From a virus, in IMG/VR virus record IMGVR_UViG_3300019487_000024, positions 36,410-100,409 of that record: a stretch of DNA of 64,000 bases; one strand, given 5' to 3'. Numbering within the stretch: the first letter of the stretch is position 1; each line of letters starts with the position of its first letter. Below, one piece after another: positions 8,198 through 17,702 of the stretch. A program made the translations under genes and the position numbers. Below the pieces are notes generated by a model. The model made no database searches. It was not told the DNA's origin and saw nothing but the letters and a program-made list of their open reading frames with translations.

Positions 8198-10504
8198 ATG
8201 AGCAAAGGTATATCACCAGCCGAAGCTGACTTCTGGTTGGATACTGATAAGTATGCCAACTTCTTTGAAGAGCAACTAGACCCAAATAAGGGTCTGGTCT
8301 TCAGCATAGATATGGTTCGCCTTTCATCCATCAGAAAGGCAATCTCCAACTTTGTTCGCATTCTCACCCGCAAAAACATCCCGGTCTATTTCAATGACAT
8401 GGACGCCAACGTCAACTTTGGTGGGAAGATCATCTATATCTCGGCGAAGATATTGAACAAGCAGGACTTTGATGTAGCAGTTGGACAAGCACTCCACGAA
8501 GCTGCCCACACCCTCAAGACCGATTTTGATACCGTAAAGCTGGCATGGACCAATATCCCACACAAGATATTTCAACTGTCCGACTCAAAAGGAATCCGCC
8601 GTGCATCATTGGAGAAATTCATTCACACCACTTGGAACGTCATTGAAGACCGCTACATTGATGACTACGTGTTCAATTCGGCACCGGGCTACCGTGGATA
8701 CTATGTCTCGCTCTATGACCGATTTTGGCACTGTCCAGAAGTAGATGAAAATCTCTTGAGTGATAAGTTTAGGTATCCTAGCTTGGATTCCTACATGTTC
8801 CGAATCATCAACTTCACCAATGATAACACGGATTTGCTTGCTCTTCCACGCTTGGATGAAATTGCCGACGTGATTGACATTGAGAACATAAGCCGATTAA
8901 AGACAACTCAAGACCGAGTTAAGACGGCGTTTGAAGTTGTTGAGATTGTCTTGAACTGTCTTGACGTAAATCCACCACAAGCAGGAAAAGGAACTCCAAA
9001 CAAAGGAAAGGGAAAGAACCTTGCTCGCCCCGAAGATTTTTTCGACTTTGATGGTGAAGAAGGCGAAGGAGACCCCCAAGAGTCCGATGGTTCTGGCAAA
9101 GAGTCCACCCCATCCGAAAGTCCACAAGAGGAAAAGGAAGTGGGGAATAATCCGAAGGATGAATCAAAGGATGTTGATGTTGGAAAGCAAATGGTAGAGG
9201 AAATTTCCGACGTAATGAGCGGGCGTGACCAGACACCGGAGATTCTCAAGGAGAACAAAGATGTCGTGAATAAGGTGTCCGAGGACGAGCTTTCCGATGG
9301 AGAAGTCAAAGAAATCAAGAACATGGTTGAACAGCAGAGGAAGTTTCTGCTTGGGGAATTGCCGAAGGAAGTCGTTACGCCAGAACAGAAACAGCTACTT
9401 GACTTAATTGAAAAGCATGGCATATTACTCGTGAAAGTTGATGCACCCACTCTCCTAGCAGGAGATGACAAGAACTTGAAAGTGGATTGTATTGTGGTTC
9501 AGAAGATGACCAAAGAACTCATATTGGCGGGACAAGAAGTATTCCCTCTCTGTGGAGTCATGAAGCTTGGAAATGAGACGCCCGACCCTCCCAAAGAAAA
9601 CGCCGAAGCAGTCAAAAAGGGCATAGTGCTTGGCACCAAGCTCGGTAGAAAACTTCAAATCCGAAACGAAATCAATCCCACCAAGACAATCCGAAAGAAG
9701 TGGGGAAAGATTCATCGTCGTCAACTTCATGAAGCAGCATTTGATGCGGAGGATTTGTTTTACAAAATCACCATTGACGAACATCAGAAGGCAACCCTCC
9801 ACATTACAGTTGACGCCAGCGGGTCTATGTCAAGAGGCAACAAGTGGACACAAACCATGATTGCCGTGGTTGCCATCTGCAAGGCGGCATCCATGATTGA
9901 CAATGTTCACGTCACGGTTTCATTCCGGTCCACACAGAATGTTGGAATGACTTGTTTGCCGCATATCATTCTCGCCTACGATTCAAAGGTGGATAAGTTC
10001 TCCAAAGTCCGAAACTTGTTCCCATATCTCAGTCCCAACGGCTATACGCCAGAAGGATTGGCATTCAGTGCCATCATGAATCTGTTTGAGAACATTACTC
10101 CCGACGAAACGGATCGTTATTTCCTCAATCTCTCCGATGGTGAGCCATGCTATGCTATCAAGGTCGCATCGACAGGAATGCACATTTCATATCAAGATGA
10201 AGTGGGCGTAACCCATACCAAGGGGCAGGTAGATAAAATAAGACGCCACGGAATTGAAATCCTGAGTTACTTCATTGATGAAGATTATGAAGGTCCATTG
10301 GGCAAGGTAAATAAAGAAACAAAGCCCGCAGACATTGCCAAGGCTAAAGAAACTCAGAAGGAATTGGACGAAACGCCACTACGAAAAAACTTCCGCAAAA
10401 TGTATGGTAAGAACGCACAATTCATCAATGTTGAAAGCATAGTTGACTTGGCTCGTACAATTAACCGACTTTTTTTAACAAAGCAAAATGAAAAAAGGAC
10501 TTGA
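8198..10504 (+). CDS. vWA-domain partner of the MoxR ATPase, with an N-terminal HExxH region
   Basis: ALHEAAH and NVIEDRYID, acidic linker, MIDAS motif VDASGSM, GYTPEG, LSDGEP. Confidence 0.85.
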   Translation: MSKGISPAEADFWLDTDKYANFFEEQLDPNKGLVFSIDMVRLSSIRKAISNFVRILTRKNIPVYFNDMDANVNFGGKIIYISAKILNKQDFDVAVGQALHEAAHTLKTDFDTVKLAWTNIPHKIFQLSDSKGIRRASLEKFIHTTWNVIEDRYIDDYVFNSAPGYRGYYVSLYDRFWHCPEVDENLLSDKFRYPSLDSYMFRIINFTNDNTDLLALPRLDEIADVIDIENISRLKTTQDRVKTAFEVVEIVLNCLDVNPPQAGKGTPNKGKGKNLARPEDFFDFDGEEGEGDPQESDGSGKESTPSESPQEEKEVGNNPKDESKDVDVGKQMVEEISDVMSGRDQTPEILKENKDVVNKVSEDELSDGEVKEIKNMVEQQRKFLLGELPKEVVTPEQKQLLDLIEKHGILLVKVDAPTLLAGDDKNLKVDCIVVQKMTKELILAGQEVFPLCGVMKLGNETPDPPKENAEAVKKGIVLGTKLGRKLQIRNEINPTKTIRKKWGKIHRRQLHEAAFDAEDLFYKITIDEHQKATLHITVDASGSMSRGNKWTQTMIAVVAICKAASMIDNVHVTVSFRSTQNVGMTCLPHIILAYDSKVDKFSKVRNLFPYLSPNGYTPEGLAFSAIMNLFENITPDETDRYFLNLSDGEPCYAIKVASTGMHISYQDEVGVTHTKGQVDKIRRHGIEILSYFIDEDYEGPLGKVNKETKPADIAKAKETQKELDETPLRKNFRKMYGKNAQFINVESIVDLARTINRLFLTKQNEKRT

Positions 10505-10529
10505 CATTTTATACCAAATGGCGTATCCT
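10501..10529 (+). promoter_or_regulatory. Sigma70-type promoter
   Basis: TTGACA-17bp-TATCCT. Confidence 0.7.
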
Positions 10530-10573
10530 TGCCCTCGATTCACCAAGGAGTGATCTCACTTCCTAGTTAAATT

Positions 10574-10948
10574 ATGAAACAAAATACTCGTAAGAACAAA
10601 ACCAATCAGTCGGTTACTTGGCCAACTACTGCGTACTTCACCATTGCCGACTTGCACAAGCTTAATCCAAAGTTCGTCAACATCACTTTGAGAGTTCGTC
10701 TCGCCAATGCGATTGAAGATGGCAAGGTTGCCGAAATTGGTTGGGTGCCCGGAGGAAAGGGTCGTCCACCAAAGGTTTTCTCGTTAACCCCCGTCCAACA
10801 AACAACCCTCAACAAAGCCAAGTCTGAGAACGTCAACTTGGTTGACAATGCCGAGAAGCTCGTCAATGTCATCAATGTCTCCACTCCGACCCCTGCCACG
10901 GTGCCTGCTTCCACAGTGCCCGACGCTGCGACTCCCGCAGTGAAGTAA
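10574..10948 (+). CDS. Putative winged-helix DNA-binding protein
   Basis: FTIADL...LRVRLANAIEDGKV...GKGRPPKVFSL wing motif; P/A/T-rich tail. Confidence 0.55.
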   Translation: MKQNTRKNKTNQSVTWPTTAYFTIADLHKLNPKFVNITLRVRLANAIEDGKVAEIGWVPGGKGRPPKVFSLTPVQQTTLNKAKSENVNLVDNAEKLVNVINVSTPTPATVPASTVPDAATPAVK

Positions 10949-10995
10949 GGTCTGAGAATCAAATAGCCGTATATCGGCGTAATCTAGGGACAGTT

Positions 10996-11199
10996 ATGGC
11001 AAAGAAGAAGAGAACCAAGCAACAATTGTTGGACAAAATCAAACCCAAAGATTACCTGATATACGGCATTTTTGATTTCGAGAAACAGACGCTTGTATAT
11101 GTCCACATGGATTACGACCAAGTGGAAATGGAGTTTGAGTTGGAAGGATATTCCGAAGAGCGGTATGACATTGTTGAGTTCTACATCCGCTTGATTTAG
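10996..11199 (+). CDS. Hypothetical protein
   Basis: 67-aa ORF with a plausible RBS, co-directional with its neighbours. Confidence 0.7.
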   Translation: MAKKKRTKQQLLDKIKPKDYLIYGIFDFEKQTLVYVHMDYDQVEMEFELEGYSEERYDIVEFYIRLI

Positions 11200-11498
11200 T
11201 AGCGTCGGATGTATTTCCCAATCGTTTCAATGGGACCGTTGTAGGTGTCGATGCGGCGGAAACCTTCTTGAGTCAAAATGTAGGAGTAGATACGAACTTT
11301 GGTGATGGGTTTCACTCCCATCAACTCGTCCAATTTTTTCACTTGCGTCATAACGACGTTTTTCGATCCCCAAATGATAGGTGTCTCAAAATCCCTGTCA
11401 AAAAGGATTGACGTGTTCGAGTCGGGATAAAATAAATGGAACACCGACCCCGCAATTTTCCCCTTCTTTTCTGGATTGATAACATTTTGTGCGAGCAT
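11196..11498 (-). CDS. Hypothetical protein
   Basis: ORF fills the gap on the - strand; TATTTAT motif (11503-11509) lies 4 nt upstream of ATG 11498. Confidence 0.65.
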   Translation of the reverse strand: MLAQNVINPEKKGKIAGSVFHLFYPDSNTSILFDRDFETPIIWGSKNVVMTQVKKLDELMGVKPITKVRIYSYILTQEGFRRIDTYNGPIETIGKYIRRY

Positions 11499-11522
11499 AC
11501 TCATAAATAGAGATAAAATAAC

Positions 11523-11551
11523 TTGAACCACTATCTATACTGTGGTAATGT
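11523..11551 (+). promoter_or_regulatory. Putative sigma70-type promoter
   Basis: TTGAAC-17bp-TAATGT. Confidence 0.45.
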
Positions 11552-11577
11552 GACCGTTGAACAAGGAAACCCGTAGT

Positions 11578-11745
11578 ATGGGCAAGACCTATAAACGAAA
11601 TGATCGCCATCTGAACAAAGATGGTAGGACTTTTACCAAACCACAGAAGAAAACGTCTGGCAAACAAGACTCTCAGGAAAACAAACAGCGATGGAAGTTT
11701 TCCGCTCGTGAAGAGGCTCAAATACTGGACGACATGAGATTATGA
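11578..11745 (+). CDS. Small basic hypothetical protein
   Basis: MGKTYKRND...; ATGA overlap with the next gene. Confidence 0.6.
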   Translation: MGKTYKRNDRHLNKDGRTFTKPQKKTSGKQDSQENKQRWKFSAREEAQILDDMRL

Positions 11746-11987
11746 TTTACGCCGTTATCGTTCTTTCCGTTTTAGTTATCTTGCTCGGTGTTTTGTTTTT
11801 CTTCCTTGAGAAGAGACAACAATCATTGCTCAAAGCATTCTCCGAGACATTGGAGCGGATTGAATTGATAGAGGACAACTGCCGAACGCTTCGTCAAAAT
11901 GATGACATTCTGGCAAATGACTTAAAAATGTTACTGCATGAGTTCAAAGGTGTCGAAAAGAAAGTCGTCAAGCCAGTCGCCAAGTGA
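11742..11987 (+). CDS. Small single-TM coiled-coil protein
   Basis: N-terminal 21-aa hydrophobic helix followed by a coiled coil. Confidence 0.65.
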   Translation: MIYAVIVLSVLVILLGVLFFFLEKRQQSLLKAFSETLERIELIEDNCRTLRQNDDILANDLKMLLHEFKGVEKKVVKPVAK

Positions 11988-12450
11988 CGGACCAAAGAGA
12001 CGTTCTCTCTTTGATCATGTGAAGCACATCCGGCAAGTCCAAGACCCGGATTACTACAACAATTTGTCTGAGGACGACCGCAAGTCGTTCAATCATTTCA
12101 TGATCATCCGTGCTCTCTCAATGGATGAAGAAATCCTTGAGACGATGGCACAGCTTTATCAGATTTTCGACAAGATTCCCTCGGCTCAGTTCTATAAGCT
12201 TCTCATTGCTCTCGTTCCAAAAAGCATGAGATTCTATCCGTGGATAAAATCCAAGAAGATGAAACACGACAAAGAGCTTTTGGCTCTGGTCGCAAAACGA
12301 TTTCAAGTCCCAAGCTATCAAGCCAATGATTACGTCAATCTTTTGCTTCGCACTGAGAACGGTCAAGCGGAACTGGTAAGCATTTGCAAGGCGTTTGGAC
12401 TTGAGGACAAAGAAGTGGAAGAACTTTTTGCGGAGAAGAAAGACGAATGA
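11938..12450 (+). CDS. Clamp loader small subunit (T4 gp62-like)
   Basis: SLFDHVKHI...SFNHFMIIRALSM...FYPWIK...VAKRFQVP pattern. gp44- and gp45-like genes occur in the same window. Confidence 0.75.
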   Translation: MSSKVSKRKSSSQSPSDGPKRRSLFDHVKHIRQVQDPDYYNNLSEDDRKSFNHFMIIRALSMDEEILETMAQLYQIFDKIPSAQFYKLLIALVPKSMRFYPWIKSKKMKHDKELLALVAKRFQVPSYQANDYVNLLLRTENGQAELVSICKAFGLEDKEVEELFAEKKDE

Positions 12451-12983
12451 GAGGAAAAACTGCCAACGAATTGCCTCCAATGGACCCGAACACATTGGAA
12501 GATGATGATTTGTTAATCATTTGGGATAAGAGTGCATACGATCTGAGGGAGCATGTTATTCGATCAAAGGACGATGCTCCTCTTCCCTTTACAACAAAAC
12601 ACATTCGCCTTGGGGATTTGAAAGCATATCTTCAAAAGAAGCCTACACCAGTAAGTTCTGGATTTACTGCGGAGACTTTGAAAGAAATGTTTGAGTCTGC
12701 AAAGCGGGTTAAGGATGACGCTTTGGCGGCAGCAAAACAAGCATTGGAAGAGGCGTATGTAAAGTATCATCCGTCGTCTAGGAGCAAAGAATTTAACAAA
12801 TGGGCAGCAAGCTTTTTTTCTTGGGAAGACCCAACCCCCGAAAAAGATATTGAAGCCTGTGAGCTTGCATGGAATGCGTGCAAAAACCGAGTTTTGAAGA
12901 TTCTCGAAACCCCAATACAAAATCTTGACCTAAGCACCGAGGAAGTTGATCGACGCTTCATCGACAAAATCAAAGAGTTATGA
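12447..12983 (+). CDS. Hypothetical protein
   Basis: 178-aa ORF with ATGA overlaps at both ends. Confidence 0.7.
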   Translation: MRGKTANELPPMDPNTLEDDDLLIIWDKSAYDLREHVIRSKDDAPLPFTTKHIRLGDLKAYLQKKPTPVSSGFTAETLKEMFESAKRVKDDALAAAKQALEEAYVKYHPSSRSKEFNKWAASFFSWEDPTPEKDIEACELAWNACKNRVLKILETPIQNLDLSTEEVDRRFIDKIKEL

Positions 12984-13666
12984 AAGTAATCGGAGTTGGC
13001 GGATATGCCCGTTGTGGCAAGGATACCTTCGTTAGCATTGCGAAGAAGATTCTCACAAAGAACAATTACGAACCCCTTCGTGTGGCGTTCGCTGATACTT
13101 TGAAGAATGAAGTTCAAGCCATGTTGAAAGTCAACGACTTTCCGCTCGATGTTTACACCACCGATACAGTGGAAAAGACAAAAATTCGTCCGTTGCTTGT
13201 TTGGTGGGGTTGTGCGAGACGAGATTTGAGTGAAGATGGACTGTATTGGGTAAACGTAGTGGACAAACAACTTCGGTCGGTGAGTGCTACCGATTCAAGA
13301 GACGATGTTATTGTCTTGGTTTCTGATGTACGGTTCCCAAATGAGGCGGCGTGGATTCACAAGAGTTGGGGTGGAGAAGTGATTCATTTGAAACGCTATT
13401 CTGTCCATTGTAGTGCTTCGCCGGTATTTGATCCGGCGACTAAGACTTTTGGAAACTCCGCACCAATCAAGACATTTGATCCCGCTCCAAACGAAGAAGA
13501 ATCCAAAAATGATCCACTCGTTCAAGCAGTTGCAGACGTTTCCGTTTCTTGGGAAAGTCGTGGGATTCCTGCCGGTGGATGCGTTACCGAAGACACATAT
13601 CTTCAAGAGCAAGTTTTGAATGCTCTCAATTCTACTGGAGCATTTAACGGGAAACTATCACTATAA
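12980..13666 (+). CDS. Deoxynucleoside monophosphate kinase (T4 gp1-like)
   Basis: GVGGYARCGKDT P-loop, VAFADTLK, VSDVRFPNE. Confidence 0.85.
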   Translation: MKVIGVGGYARCGKDTFVSIAKKILTKNNYEPLRVAFADTLKNEVQAMLKVNDFPLDVYTTDTVEKTKIRPLLVWWGCARRDLSEDGLYWVNVVDKQLRSVSATDSRDDVIVLVSDVRFPNEAAWIHKSWGGEVIHLKRYSVHCSASPVFDPATKTFGNSAPIKTFDPAPNEEESKNDPLVQAVADVSVSWESRGIPAGGCVTEDTYLQEQVLNALNSTGAFNGKLSL

Positions 13667-13937
13667 GTTGTCCAGCTTCGGTGTAAAAGATGAGTTGCCT
13701 GTCTGTTGTCTTAGATAGGAACTCGTTTTTTAGTCTTGGGACAATGTGTCTGGCTCCATCCAAGTAAAGCTTGGAGCATACAGCATAGAGTTTGGCTTTG
13801 TCTTCTTTTCGGAAGCAATTACAATCAACCGCATAGTCATTGATGCAGTTAATGAGTTGTGTGAAGGTGCTATCCAACCTTGATAATTCATGTGTGCTCA
13901 AGAACCGAGCAAACTCAGTTGGATTTCGGAACTCCAT
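13644..13937 (-). CDS. Hypothetical protein
   Basis: 97-aa ORF, last gene of the - strand block; 3' end overlaps the convergent kinase gene. Confidence 0.7.
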   Translation of the reverse strand: MEFRNPTEFARFLSTHELSRLDSTFTQLINCINDYAVDCNCFRKEDKAKLYAVCSKLYLDGARHIVPRLKNEFLSKTTDRQLIFYTEAGQLIVIVSR

Positions 13938-13940
13938 GCG

Positions 13941-14291
13941 TTACCCCAACAATTTGTCTATGACTGCGTAGATGAACAGTCCTCCCAAGATCACAAGTGG
14001 TAATTGTGCAAACACCCCGATGGAAACCAAGAAGCCTTGAACACAGCACACCAATAAGCCTAGCCACACAGACAGACAAATCGGACAGCTAATCAAACGT
14101 ACGAAGAAGCAGTTGCGGTGCCTTAGAAGGTAAAGACGGTAGGTTAACGACACATCGTTGTATTTCTTATCGTCGTAGTCCTTGTAAAAGGATATAAAAT
14201 TGAGTCTCAGTAGGCGGCAGTATTCCACCCAAGCATCGGTTCTGAACCAAATCAGAAGGAGAAGACCTATAATGGAGATAGACAGTAACAT
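13941..14291 (-). CDS. Membrane protein with a CxxC motif (DUF1360-like)
   Basis: About three hydrophobic segments; LISCPICLSVWLG. Confidence 0.65.
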   Translation of the reverse strand: MLLSISIIGLLLLIWFRTDAWVEYCRLLRLNFISFYKDYDDKKYNDVSLTYRLYLLRHRNCFFVRLISCPICLSVWLGLLVCCVQGFLVSIGVFAQLPLVILGGLFIYAVIDKLLG

Positions 14292-14306
14292 CAACAATAA
14301 ATATCC

Positions 14307-15578
14307 TCAAAGGATAGTAAAGTTGATGTCGTCTATGGGAGGATTTTTTACAATCAGGCTGTCCTGAATGTGGTTTGTAATGCGATTGATGGTAAGAACT
14401 CCGTTGGCACATTCATACTGCCCCGGTTCGGCAGTGTGAATTATGTCATTCAGGTGAAGAATTGTTTGGTCGGTGAAAACATTCGGAGCGGCTTTGGAAA
14501 AATCCAAGTCCAATACGATTTCATCGTCAATTGCCGCCTCCACAAAAACATCTTCATCCAGTCGGTAATACTTTTTGTAAAGCTCCCATTGTAGCTGGTT
14601 AATATCCAAGAGTTGATTTGCAAACTCATGAAGTTGCTTCAATGATGCTTGAAGATTCTGTCGTATTTCTGGATTATCAACGAAAATCCGGCTGAAACGA
14701 AAGTGGTTTTGAAAAATTCCGCTTGCATCATTCCACTTCACGTTTTTGAGGTTTGCTGCTACGGGATATTTGTATTCCTTTGTGGCGTCAAATGCGGTGT
14801 CGTGTTTGAAATGTGGCCACTTTCGTAGAAAGCGAGTCATTTCTACCGTATCGGCTTGTTGTTGAAGCTGTGTGCGTGCTTTTGCCTTCTCAGTCCACCA
14901 TTCAATGCCACGAGAAGATGTGCAAGTGAAGTGATATACAATGGCATTCCACACTTGGTCAATTTTCACGCCCTTCATGGTGAAGCGATATAACAAGTCT
15001 GAATCTTCACGAGACCGGCGAAAGAAAGTGTCATGTCCCCCAATGTCCAACCAATCCTTTTTATACAAACTGAAGGGAGCAAACCAAAATTGGGTCACTC
15101 GGTCGGACTTTTTCTGCTCGGCAAACTTGGAAAAAGCATCCAAGTCAAATTTTTGAGGGTCTAGCCCGAAATCATGGGTAATTTTCTCTGGAGAAGGAGG
15201 ATGAAGCGGCGGTTCAATGCGGGTAGAGGAAACGATTCGTCCGGGAGCCAAATGCTTGCCCAATTCTAAATCATAAAGCGGTCCTATAACCATGTCTGAC
15301 TGCAAATACGACACAAAGTCCGTCTCAGCCATCTCAAACATCAAATTGATGTTTCGAGCATATCCAATAGGGACCGGAAGCGGGTTTATTATAACCTTCA
15401 GGTTAGGAAAGTGCTCTTTTTGAGTCTTGAGAAATCCAACGGTATCTTGATTGTCGTTTTCTACATAAACCAAGATGGGGTGGTTTCGGTGGGAGAGGTT
15501 TTTATAAAGAGAACGAAACAACAACTCTATGTGATGCCGTTCGTTCCTTGCTGTATTGATACAAAATGTGATGTTCAT
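14307..15578 (-). CDS. Glycosyltransferase family 2 (GT-A)
   Basis: ITFCINT, VYVENDNQD, YLQSDM, IGGHDTFF...REDSDL, VYHFTC. Confidence 0.85.
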   Translation of the reverse strand: MNITFCINTARNERHHIELLFRSLYKNLSHRNHPILVYVENDNQDTVGFLKTQKEHFPNLKVIINPLPVPIGYARNINLMFEMAETDFVSYLQSDMVIGPLYDLELGKHLAPGRIVSSTRIEPPLHPPSPEKITHDFGLDPQKFDLDAFSKFAEQKKSDRVTQFWFAPFSLYKKDWLDIGGHDTFFRRSREDSDLLYRFTMKGVKIDQVWNAIVYHFTCTSSRGIEWWTEKAKARTQLQQQADTVEMTRFLRKWPHFKHDTAFDATKEYKYPVAANLKNVKWNDASGIFQNHFRFSRIFVDNPEIRQNLQASLKQLHEFANQLLDINQLQWELYKKYYRLDEDVFVEAAIDDEIVLDLDFSKAAPNVFTDQTILHLNDIIHTAEPGQYECANGVLTINRITNHIQDSLIVKNPPIDDINFTIL

Positions 15579-16441
15579 GCCAATGCTTCCACCATTCGCT
15601 TAATTCCGGCATCCATACCAATCAGGTTTAGGTTTTGACTTCTAAGTCTTCCACCGTCACCCGTGTAAGGATGGTCTTTTTCCACTTGCTTAACAACAAC
15701 ATTGATTGGAACGTTCATTGCCTTGCAAATCTTCGCACCAACGTCGGCAAGGGTTTCTTTATGCCCCATGTCTTGTTCATAAACCAGATTCATGTGACAA
15801 AGCTCTTTAGAGCGAGTTTTCAAAACGTGATCTATGACGACAGCAACATCATCCACAAAAAAGAAATCCATCTTCTTGTTTTTTTCAATCTCAATCGGAA
15901 GTCCTTCCTTTAGGCGAAGGATTGATCGCTTGATAAATCGAAAGTCGGGTTCATCTGGACCAAAACATCCAAACAACCGAAGAAGATATGGTTCGGACAA
16001 TTCCACTTCATCTTCGTTGTACTGTCCCATGCCCAAGGCTCGCTTTGCTATTATGTTTTTGGAGAGTCCGTATAAATCAACCGGCCAAGACTTGTAAAGT
16101 TCTTCTTCGTCCACTTGGTCTATATCAAAGCGTCTGTCAAATTCTGCCCCCGAACCAATAATGATGGTTGGTCTGTAATCATCAATCCAAGTGAGGACTT
16201 CATACATTTTGATGTTGTCCACAAAATCTTGATGTTGGTTTTGGGATGCAAAATGACCTTTGAATCCGGTGTGGACGATAGCAGTTGGGCAATGCTTATT
16301 GAGATACATCATGCATTTCCCAAGGTCGGTCATGTCCAATTCTTGACGGGTTGGTGCCAGAACATCATGCCCAAGACTTCTAAGAGCACGGGCGACGTTT
16401 CGACCAACAAATCCTCCCCCACCAGTGACTAATGTTCTCAT
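15575..16441 (-). CDS. NAD-dependent sugar epimerase/dehydratase/reductase (extended SDR)
   Basis: TGGGGFVG, GSGAEF, YGLSK. Confidence 0.9.
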   Translation of the reverse strand: MRTLVTGGGGFVGRNVARALRSLGHDVLAPTRQELDMTDLGKCMMYLNKHCPTAIVHTGFKGHFASQNQHQDFVDNIKMYEVLTWIDDYRPTIIIGSGAEFDRRFDIDQVDEEELYKSWPVDLYGLSKNIIAKRALGMGQYNEDEVELSEPYLLRLFGCFGPDEPDFRFIKRSILRLKEGLPIEIEKNKKMDFFFVDDVAVVIDHVLKTRSKELCHMNLVYEQDMGHKETLADVGAKICKAMNVPINVVVKQVEKDHPYTGDGGRLRSQNLNLIGMDAGIKRMVEALA

Positions 16442-16914
16442 TTTACAAGGTTCATGTAAGACGGACGACCGTTGAACAGGTAATGGTGCAGCAAATTTTG
16501 CATATCAACCTCGGTGGTCGGCTTGAATAATACCAAATTCTGAAAAGGAGTCAACACCGAAATATCTTCTTCTGCCCAATGGGTATATCCAAGGTATCCG
16601 TAGTCACGATCACGCCCTCCACCGGCAATTTTGATGGGCAAAGACTCGTATTGCATGAAGTTTCGGATGAATTCAAACGGACGAAAGACTGCAAATGAGG
16701 AAATGGAATAGCAAACTGGAAGTTTTCCTTCCATTGCCATACCCGCTGCACAAGCAATCATCAATTGTTCGGCTGAACCTACGTTAAAAAAGCGATTTGG
16801 ATAGGTATCACGAACTTTGTCCCATAAACCATAGCCCATGTCGGCAGTGATAAGCACGATGGAATCGTTCTCACCCATCTTTGTCAGTAATGCGTCAGCA
16901 AATGCACGTCTCAT
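16438..16914 (-). CDS. Transketolase-like beta subunit, pyrimidine-binding domain only
   Basis: LITADMG, RFFNVGSAEQLMIACAAGMA, RPFEFIR, GYTHWAEED. 158 aa; no C-terminal domain. Confidence 0.9.
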   Translation of the reverse strand: MRRAFADALLTKMGENDSIVLITADMGYGLWDKVRDTYPNRFFNVGSAEQLMIACAAGMAMEGKLPVCYSISSFAVFRPFEFIRNFMQYESLPIKIAGGGRDRDYGYLGYTHWAEEDISVLTPFQNLVLFKPTTEVDMQNLLHHYLFNGRPSYMNLVK

Positions 16915-17639
16915 AAAACTTGATATATTAAAGGAATGGTATGAACTCCTCGTTTGAATTTTCTCCAATCATTCTCCCAAATATATTTTACTTTGTACCC
17001 AAGAGATTTCATTTTGGTTAGTTTCTCGTATGTTTTCTTTAACAAGATTCCATATTTCAATTTGGTGTCAGGATTTAGGTCTGTTTGTTTGTATATTTCG
17101 GGATTTCCGTGCCAATAATCACCAAGAAATTCATAAACCGTATTGTTTTCCCGATCATATCCATCCACTTTCTTCTTTTTCCATTTTGGAAGCGAGTAGT
17201 TTGTAGTTTTAATTCCCATCCACAATAAAAAGTCACGTTCAAGTCTTGAAATTTTATGTAAACAAGTAGGACACTTACTACCACGCAAATGATGATATGG
17301 ACTTTGAATAAACGTGCCATGTTTATGACAGATTATTTTTACCTTGTGGTGAGAATGAATATAGTTGACCTTAGAATAATTATATTCATTTTTATGAACT
17401 TTGTTTGCCTTAGTTATAAATTCATAGTTTGAATACAAATATCTTCCGGAACATTTGATACAACCTTTCCCCATTAAATGGTCATTTGGTCTTTGAGAAA
17501 ACATGTGTTGACATGCATTACATTTAATGTCCACTTTTTCTCTGCTTGATTTGTACAACACATGAGAATAATCATATTTTTTGCCATGAATTTTTATGGC
17601 TTTTTCGATAAATTCTTTTGTGTTAGAAAACTTTGGCAT
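16911..17639 (-). CDS. Putative homing endonuclease (two DUF723-like Zn repeats + PD-(D/E)XK/Vsr-like domain)
   Basis: Two repeats of FIxKAxKxH..YxYSxVxY....V.I.C..H..F.Q.P..HL.G..C..C; VDGYDRENNTVYEFLGDYWHG...YIWE. AT-rich; sits between the transketolase halves. Confidence 0.8.
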   Translation of the reverse strand: MPKFSNTKEFIEKAIKIHGKKYDYSHVLYKSSREKVDIKCNACQHMFSQRPNDHLMGKGCIKCSGRYLYSNYEFITKANKVHKNEYNYSKVNYIHSHHKVKIICHKHGTFIQSPYHHLRGSKCPTCLHKISRLERDFLLWMGIKTTNYSLPKWKKKKVDGYDRENNTVYEFLGDYWHGNPEIYKQTDLNPDTKLKYGILLKKTYEKLTKMKSLGYKVKYIWENDWRKFKRGVHTIPLIYQVL

Positions 17640-17702
17640 TACAATGGTTCCATTTATCCAAGTGAGTTTTTACGAAAACTTCCTTACTATCTTTGAATAA
17701 TT

